Assembly: GCA_910584065.1 (NCBI GenBank)
Contig: CAJTZN010000015.1
Location: 748-64,747, forward strand
Length of the DNA stretch: 64,000 nucleotides
Source: an uncultured Eubacterium sp.
GTDB taxonomy: Bacteria; Bacillota; Clostridia; Lachnospirales; Lachnospiraceae
Reading direction: 5' to 3'
The position numbers and the translations under genes are program-made. Below, in pieces: positions 58,754 to 64,000 of the stretch; position 1 is the stretch's first letter, and every line of letters begins with the position of its first letter. The notes under the pieces are model-generated. The model saw nothing but the letters and a program-made list of their open reading frames with translations. It made no database searches and was not told the origin of the DNA.

Positions 58754-60529
58754 ATGGTGATCTGTATGATAAGAGACACGGTAAAGCATGTGGCTCTCCG
58801 CATCCAGGAAGGAATGCTTCAGGACATGTTCCGGCAGACAAAATGGATTTACCAGTATGCCAGACGTTATTGGCTGGCGATCATAATCTATACCCTGATC
58901 GGGCTCCTTGGCACCCTGGTCGGCCTCGGTTCCAGTCTTGTCTCCAAAGATATGGTCGACATCATCACCGGACACCAGACAGGCGCCCTTGTGCAGACTT
59001 TCTGCGCCATGATCGGCCTCGCCATCGGAAGTACGCTGATGAACCAGATCTCCTCCTATGTATCAAACTGGATCAGCATAAAAGTAGACAATGAAATCAA
59101 AGCCGACATCTTTTCCAAAATGCTCGTCACCGACTGGGAATCGATCACCAATTATCACACCGGCGATCTTCTGACGCGCTGGAGTTCGGATGCATCCGGT
59201 ATTTCAAGCGGGATCCTGAACTGGATTCCCAGTCTGGTCATCAATACCTTTCGTTTTATCAGCGCATTTGCCATCGTCATTTATTATGACGCCTCATTTG
59301 CCATTTTTTCCTTTATCGGCATACCGTTTACGCTTCTTATGTCGAAAACGCTTATGTCGCGCATGGTCAATAACAACCAGAGAAGCGCCGCGCTAAACGC
59401 CCGCATGTCGGGATTTAACCAGGAAGCATTTTCAAATATACAATCGATAAAAGCCTTTGACCTGATTCCTCTTTATGTAAAATATTTAAAACAACTACAG
59501 AAAGATTACCTGACGATGCGCATGGACTTTCAGAAAATGTCGATGATCACATCGTTTCTTATGGCGCTCGTAGGACTTGTCGTTTCCTACAGTTCTTACG
59601 GCTGGGGCATTTACCGTGTCTGGAGCGGCGTCATCAGTTATGGGACAATGACGATGTTTCTGTCCCTTTCCGGCACGCTGACCGGCACACTCAATTCACT
59701 GATCTCCCTTGTGCCAAATGCCATCAGCCTGACGACCTCCGCCGGACGTCTGATGGATATTCTTGACATGCCAAAAGAGGACTACAGCCAGGATGACGCC
59801 GTTATCTCCTTTTTGGGAAAATACCGCCGCCACGGAATTGAAATCCACGTTTCCAATATCGACTATACCTATCAGGGCGGCACACAGGTGTTTAAACAGG
59901 CGAGCCTGAAAGCAAAACCACATGAAATCGTTGCCCTGATCGGCCCGTCCGGCGAGGGAAAAACCACGATGCTGCGCCTAATCCTGGCGCTTCTATCGCC
60001 CCAGGACGGCATGATCACATTTTCCGGCAGATCCGACGAGAATGAAGAAACTCTCTCCATCTCCCCTTCGTGCCGCAAGCTTTTTTCCTATGTCCCACAA
60101 GGCAATACCATGTTTTCCGGCACGATCGCGGAAAATATGCGGAACGTAAAGCCGGAAGCTACGGACAGCGAGATCATCGAAGCCCTCCAGATCGCCTGTG
60201 CATGGGATTTTGTAAACAAGCTTCCCGACGGCATACACAGCGTAATCAAAGAACGGGGCGGCGGCTTCTCCGAAGGACAGGCACAGCGCCTTTCCATCGC
60301 CCGCGCGCTGCTTCGCAAATCACCGATCCTTCTTTTAGACGAAGCGACCTCGGCGCTGGATACCGGAACAGAGAGCCGCATACTGGAACAAATACGGGAA
60401 GACCGTTATCCCCGCACCTGTATTGTCACGACTCACCGCAAAGAAGTACTGAACATCTGCAACCGGGTCTACCGCATTGAGGACAAAAAATGCGTCCCGC
60501 TCGACGCCGGAACCCTCTTACATTCGTGA
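58754..60529 (+). CDS. ABC exporter, fused permease and ATPase, with no C39 peptidase domain
   Basis: About 6 TM segments, GPSGEGKT, FSEGQAQR and LLLDEATSALD motifs. Confidence 0.93.
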   Translation: MVICMIRDTVKHVALRIQEGMLQDMFRQTKWIYQYARRYWLAIIIYTLIGLLGTLVGLGSSLVSKDMVDIITGHQTGALVQTFCAMIGLAIGSTLMNQISSYVSNWISIKVDNEIKADIFSKMLVTDWESITNYHTGDLLTRWSSDASGISSGILNWIPSLVINTFRFISAFAIVIYYDASFAIFSFIGIPFTLLMSKTLMSRMVNNNQRSAALNARMSGFNQEAFSNIQSIKAFDLIPLYVKYLKQLQKDYLTMRMDFQKMSMITSFLMALVGLVVSYSSYGWGIYRVWSGVISYGTMTMFLSLSGTLTGTLNSLISLVPNAISLTTSAGRLMDILDMPKEDYSQDDAVISFLGKYRRHGIEIHVSNIDYTYQGGTQVFKQASLKAKPHEIVALIGPSGEGKTTMLRLILALLSPQDGMITFSGRSDENEETLSISPSCRKLFSYVPQGNTMFSGTIAENMRNVKPEATDSEIIEALQIACAWDFVNKLPDGIHSVIKERGGGFSEGQAQRLSIARALLRKSPILLLDEATSALDTGTESRILEQIREDRYPRTCIVTTHRKEVLNICNRVYRIEDKKCVPLDAGTLLHS

Positions 60530-60540
60530 CTGAAACCATA

Positions 60541-60571
60541 AAAGGGGCTGCCAGTAATGACAGCCCCTTTT
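60541..60571. terminator. Bidirectional terminator
   Basis: AAAGGGGCTG...CAGCCCCTTTT between convergent genes. Confidence 0.85.
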
Positions 60572-60590
60572 ACATCTCTTAACCTGTTTT

Positions 60591-60968
60591 TTAATCTGTG
60601 AGTTTTACACTGGTCACTGCAAGGCCAGGATCTGCTACAACGATCAAATCACCCAAACCAATGTTGTCCTTCGGATTCTGATGATATGCATAATCAATCA
60701 CAAGAGTGGTGCCTGTTCCGGATCCTACCAGTGTACCGCCGGCACTCTCCTTGAATACGACTTCTTTGTTAAAAGAAATCGTCAACGTCTGTTTTTCTTT
60801 CGTATGGTCGGAGTCATGTACTCCATTGATCTGAATACGGCAGTCCCCTCTGCCGATCTGATCTGTCTGATGTACTGAAGTTGTAACAGTATAACAACCG
60901 CTTGCTGCATATACGCCTTCGCTTAACTCTTCATTTGCAAGTATACTTGGCTTACTATATCCTTTCAT
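60591..60968 (-). CDS. 125-aa protein with a RiPP-like YxxP leader and a beta-rich mature domain
   Basis: GGAGG RBS; MKGYSKPSILANEELSEGVYAASG followed by about 100 aa of beta-strand-like sequence with 2 Cys. Confidence 0.75.
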   Translation of the reverse strand: MKGYSKPSILANEELSEGVYAASGCYTVTTSVHQTDQIGRGDCRIQINGVHDSDHTKEKQTLTISFNKEVVFKESAGGTLVGSGTGTTLVIDYAYHQNPKDNIGLGDLIVVADPGLAVTSVKLTD

Positions 60969-61090
60969 CGTATCATCCTCCATCAATATCAATAAATATT
61001 CGAATACAAGGTTATTATATACTTGAAGATTTGGTTTTGTCAATACCTATTTTTCAAACGATGATGAAAGGGAAAAGCTGTTAGAAACAA

Positions 61091-62290
61091 TCAATAGGTA
61101 TCCATTAGGAGGAAATCCGCCAAATGTACTATTTTAATACCGTTAATATTTCCCGCAGCAAACTCATCCAGCGTAACGATATACTTCGGATAATGATCTC
61201 TTATTTCAAGCAGATTTGCCGTTTCCCGTTCAGATTCCTCCGGCAGGTTACGGCACACCTGAACATACACCCGTTCATCGCGGCGAACTGCCACAAAATC
61301 AATTTCCCGGGTTTCATTTTTACCGATATATACGTGGTAACCTTTTCTGCGAAGTTCAAAATATACTATATTTTCAAGCATGGCCGCAATAGCTTTCGGA
61401 TTAAATCCTATGATACAGTATTTCAGGGAAGCGTCCGCGAGATAAAATTTTTCCTGTGTCTTCAACACGGCTTTTCCCTGCAGGTCAAACCTCCGGCAGC
61501 GATAGACCACAAAGGCCTTTTCCAACCATTCCAAATAATTGTAGACAGCTTCCACAGAAAGTGAACGTCCCTCACCCTTTAAAAATTTTACAATGGCATT
61601 GGCAGAAAAAGTTTTTCCGACATTTTCTACGACATATCTTACAACACGGTTAAAAAGGTCAAAATTAGAAATATTATGCCGTTTCGTTATATCATTTGTG
61701 ACCACCGAATGATAAATCCCCTCTACGATCTGGTAAATAGATGTTTCATCAAAATTTGTAACCGCGGTAATCGGAAAACCGCCCCTGCGGATATAATCCT
61801 GTAATAACTCCCGTTTCGCTGCATGTGATGTATTTTTAAAATCAAGATATTCCGCGAAGGAAAGTGTAAATACAGGAATTTGAATCGTCCTTCCGCTCAA
61901 ATATGTGGAAATCTCACTTGACATAAGTTTGGAATTCGAACCTGTAATATAAATATCTGTATTTCCATCTTCAAGAAGGCTGTTTACCGCTTTCTCCCAG
62001 CCATCTACTTCCTGTACCTCGTCAAGCAAAAGATAGTAACAGTCCTGGTCGACAATCCTTTCCTTAATTTGATCGTACATATCCCGGTGCGTCATTCCGT
62101 CCTCAAAATTTTCAGACGTATAGCACATTTCAATGATGTGATCCTGATGTATTCCGCTACTCAATAAATCATCACGGTACATTTTCAAAATCGTGGATTT
62201 CCCGCAGCGGCGCACTCCTGCCAGTATTTTGACCAACGGCACATTACGATAATTTTTCAGCATTTGTATATAGTAAGGCCTTACGATCAT
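61091..62290 (-). CDS. AAA_14/DUF4143 family ATP-binding protein (second copy)
   Basis: GVRRCGKS, LLDEVQ, TGSN, LENIVY and EIDFVA motifs. Confidence 0.92.
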   Translation of the reverse strand: MIVRPYYIQMLKNYRNVPLVKILAGVRRCGKSTILKMYRDDLLSSGIHQDHIIEMCYTSENFEDGMTHRDMYDQIKERIVDQDCYYLLLDEVQEVDGWEKAVNSLLEDGNTDIYITGSNSKLMSSEISTYLSGRTIQIPVFTLSFAEYLDFKNTSHAAKRELLQDYIRRGGFPITAVTNFDETSIYQIVEGIYHSVVTNDITKRHNISNFDLFNRVVRYVVENVGKTFSANAIVKFLKGEGRSLSVEAVYNYLEWLEKAFVVYRCRRFDLQGKAVLKTQEKFYLADASLKYCIIGFNPKAIAAMLENIVYFELRRKGYHVYIGKNETREIDFVAVRRDERVYVQVCRNLPEESERETANLLEIRDHYPKYIVTLDEFAAGNINGIKIVHLADFLLMDTY

Positions 62291-62310
62291 AGCAACTCGC
62301 CTCCTTTACT

Positions 62311-62367
62311 ATTATACCCAAAAAATTCATGATATTCAATAGTTTTTACTTGATTCAAGTAAAAACT
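62311..62367 (-). promoter_or_regulatory. Promoter with an adjacent perfect palindrome
   Basis: TTGAAT-17 bp-TATAAT; AGTTTTTACTTGA-T-TCAAGTAAAAACT at 62341-62367. Confidence 0.65.
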
Positions 62368-62394
62368 TGATAATTTCTCTTAATCTTTCCGCTA

Positions 62395-62625
62395 TTATAA
62401 AAAGTCCATCCAAGCTGAGTTCTTACATTCCGCATACTTATCGGAATCCGAGTCTTTCGCGGATACGATCATGATCGGCACCGTACTCTTTTCCCTGATG
62501 ACGCTCATCACCTTCCATCCGTCCATCTTAGGAATCATCAGATCCAGCAGTACGAGACTGTATTCTCCTTCGAAAAATTTTGTGCAGGCACTTTCCCCAT
62601 CATAAGCAGTTACCACTTCGGAATT
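62395..62625 (-). pseudogene. Response regulator receiver-domain fragment
   Basis: LVLLDLMIPKMDG...PIMIVSAK; lacks the N-terminal acidic pair, the KP motif and an output domain. Confidence 0.75.
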
Positions 62626-62690
62626 AGCTTAATTTCCCCCTGTTCAATTTAATCCCACCACTTTACAACTATTAAGATCAAGCCTGGCTT

Positions 62691-62987
62691 TTATCGGCGT
62701 CTTCGAAATCCATATTCTTTTTTTAACCTCTCATAGATTTCAAATGCCACCGGACAGATCTCTACTGTATCCAATACGCTCAGCAGACTAAATAGACGTT
62801 CCGGCTGGTCTGTATACGGATATTTTTTGCAGCTATCCGGCTTACAGTCACCCAGTTTGCAGTTGCCGTCCTCCTGCAAAAAATCGCACGGCTTATGTTT
62901 GGTCTGGTAATTTGTAGCGTACTCGTCTTTTTCCAGATAAGTTGAAATGAACTGTTCTTTTGTCATATGTAAATGCTGCGCGTCCTT
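62691..62987 (-). pseudogene. C-terminal fragment of a YkgJ-like Cys-cluster protein
   Basis: PCDFL...C...KPDSCKKYPY half-motif only; the N-terminal Cys cluster is missing. Confidence 0.6.
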
Positions 62988-64000
62988 CTACTTACTCGAT
63001 AACCGATACCGCACCGCCGGACCGGAACCCGTTTTGATGATTTTGTTTTGCGCGATCAACTCGTTCAGGGCACGGATGGCAGGAAACTTTGATCTGCCAA
63101 GAATTTCTTCGACCTCTTTGCGACTGACCACACCTTTTTGTGTGATCACGGAAAGTACCTTTTCCGTATCGCTCATCGTATCATTAAAGACTGCGATGAT
63201 TTTCGGCAGAACAACCACAAAAGAGGAAGGAGCGGGCTTAAACACCGGTTTATCAGGATAATCGTCATAGCTTTCTATAATACGCCGAATACCCGTACCA
63301 TAACTTTCCATCAGTTCCAAACGGTAAAACACATTAGCAAGCACCGAATTTCTTGACTGTGACACGCCGCCCATGATATCTTCCATCGTCAGTCCTTTCA
63401 CCAGACCGCCAAGCGACACAAACTCAACCCTGTTATCATAAATGTTGATGAGCGTGCTGCCGGAGTAATCATAATCCCGGTGAACAATAGTATTCAGCAA
63501 CGCCTCCCTGAGAGCATATGGCGGGTAATCAGGATGGTCTGTTCTTTTCAGTCCATCAATAGTAGAGTTGAGATTATTGTTAAGACTGAGAAAATCATAC
63601 ACTTCATCCATCTGTTTCAGGACAGAACCGAAAAACTCTTTACGCGTTTTAAATTTGGTCTTTCCCGTCCCCTCGTATACTGCACACTTAATACTGTGTT
63701 CGCATTGATCGGAAAGCAACAACGCCGTATTTGTATAGTATCCGTCCACATCCAATAGCTTCAGGGTCTTTTTGTTGCTATCCCCAAATGGAAGACTGGT
63801 TTTTGCAAAATACACATCCGCATAAGAGAATGTTAATTCCTGATTAATGCACCTTGATTTATCAAAGGTCACTCCATCACTTTCACGCAACATTTCACGA
63901 ATCAGCTCGTCTGTTGCCGGAACAGAGGAAACGCCGTGCCGGATAAATACGCCGTTTGGTTTCAATCCTTTATCCGTCAGATGATACGGGCGTTTTGTTC
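62988..64000 (-). CDS. HATPase_c_4 plus winged-HTH protein, probably AlbA/Schlafen-type; 5' end outside window
   Basis: DYP..ALREALLN..VHRDY, RN..LANVFYRL and ESYGTG motifs, C-terminal wHTH; frame stays open to the window end. Confidence 0.85.
   Translation of the reverse strand, partial: TKRPYHLTDKGLKPNGVFIRHGVSSVPATDELIREMLRESDGVTFDKSRCINQELTFSYADVYFAKTSLPFGDSNKKTLKLLDVDGYYTNTALLLSDQCEHSIKCAVYEGTGKTKFKTRKEFFGSVLKQMDEVYDFLSLNNNLNSTIDGLKRTDHPDYPPYALREALLNTIVHRDYDYSGSTLINIYDNRVEFVSLGGLVKGLTMEDIMGGVSQSRNSVLANVFYRLELMESYGTGIRRIIESYDDYPDKPVFKPAPSSFVVVLPKIIAVFNDTMSDTEKVLSVITQKGVVSRKEVEEILGRSKFPAIRALNELIAQNKIIKTGSGPAVRYRLSSK

Noticed and set aside
1814..60480. Many long opposite-strand or alternate-frame ORFs (e.g. 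2705-3475, 20063-20887, 23730-24530, 51236-52171)
   Set aside because: They overlap well-supported genes and lack motifs, as expected for shadow ORFs in moderately GC-rich coding DNA.
55352..60968. Canonical lasso peptide or PQQ cluster
   Set aside because: There is no asparagine-synthetase-like cyclase, B2 protease or pqqBCE, and the candidate substrate is far longer than a lasso core.
1..64000. DGR template repeat, reverse transcriptase, integrase or transposase in the window
   Set aside because: I found no AAY-rich copy of the VR and no ORF with RT (YxDD), tyrosine or serine recombinase, or DDE motifs.

Overview
64 kb of chromosome from a Firmicute; gene content and order suggest Lachnospiraceae or a relative (inference). 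The window has four parts. (1) About 1-13.6 kb is a variable region downstream of a tRNA-Ser(GGA)/tRNA-Ser(TGA) pair. It has three further copies of the tRNA 3' end with shared flanking arms (tandem att-like junctions, no integrase), an IetA/IetS-type AAA-ATPase plus S8-protease pair, and two secreted proteins with a shared C-terminal domain. One of these has two DUF6273-like domains whose ends differ with the codon pattern expected of diversity-generating retroelement (DGR) variable regions. It also holds a broken GH59, an Rpn-like remnant and a truncated T-box leader. (2) About 13.8-36.9 kb is core: tsaE/B/D, rnz, rsmF, cdd, signalling genes, tRNA-Trp, metF, purA, rpmG-secE-nusG-rplK-rplA-rplJ-rplL. 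(3) About 37-61 kb is a Gram-positive Pel-like exopolysaccharide locus (pelD/E/A-like/F/G) with extra glycosylation genes. It is interleaved with a RiPP-like toolkit that has no cyclase or radical SAM enzyme: two PqqD/RRE domains, a soluble S26 peptidase, an HPr-kinase-like protein, a nucleotidyltransferase and an ABC exporter. Next to these lies a 125-aa protein with a YxxP-type leader. (4) About 61-64 kb has an AAA_14/DUF4143 ATPase, gene fragments and a partial HATPase/HTH protein. The best candidates for new biology are the RRE-guided processing/export module in the Pel locus, the twin-VR DGR target, and the tRNA-Ser cassette array. All family names come from motif recognition by eye; no searches were run.
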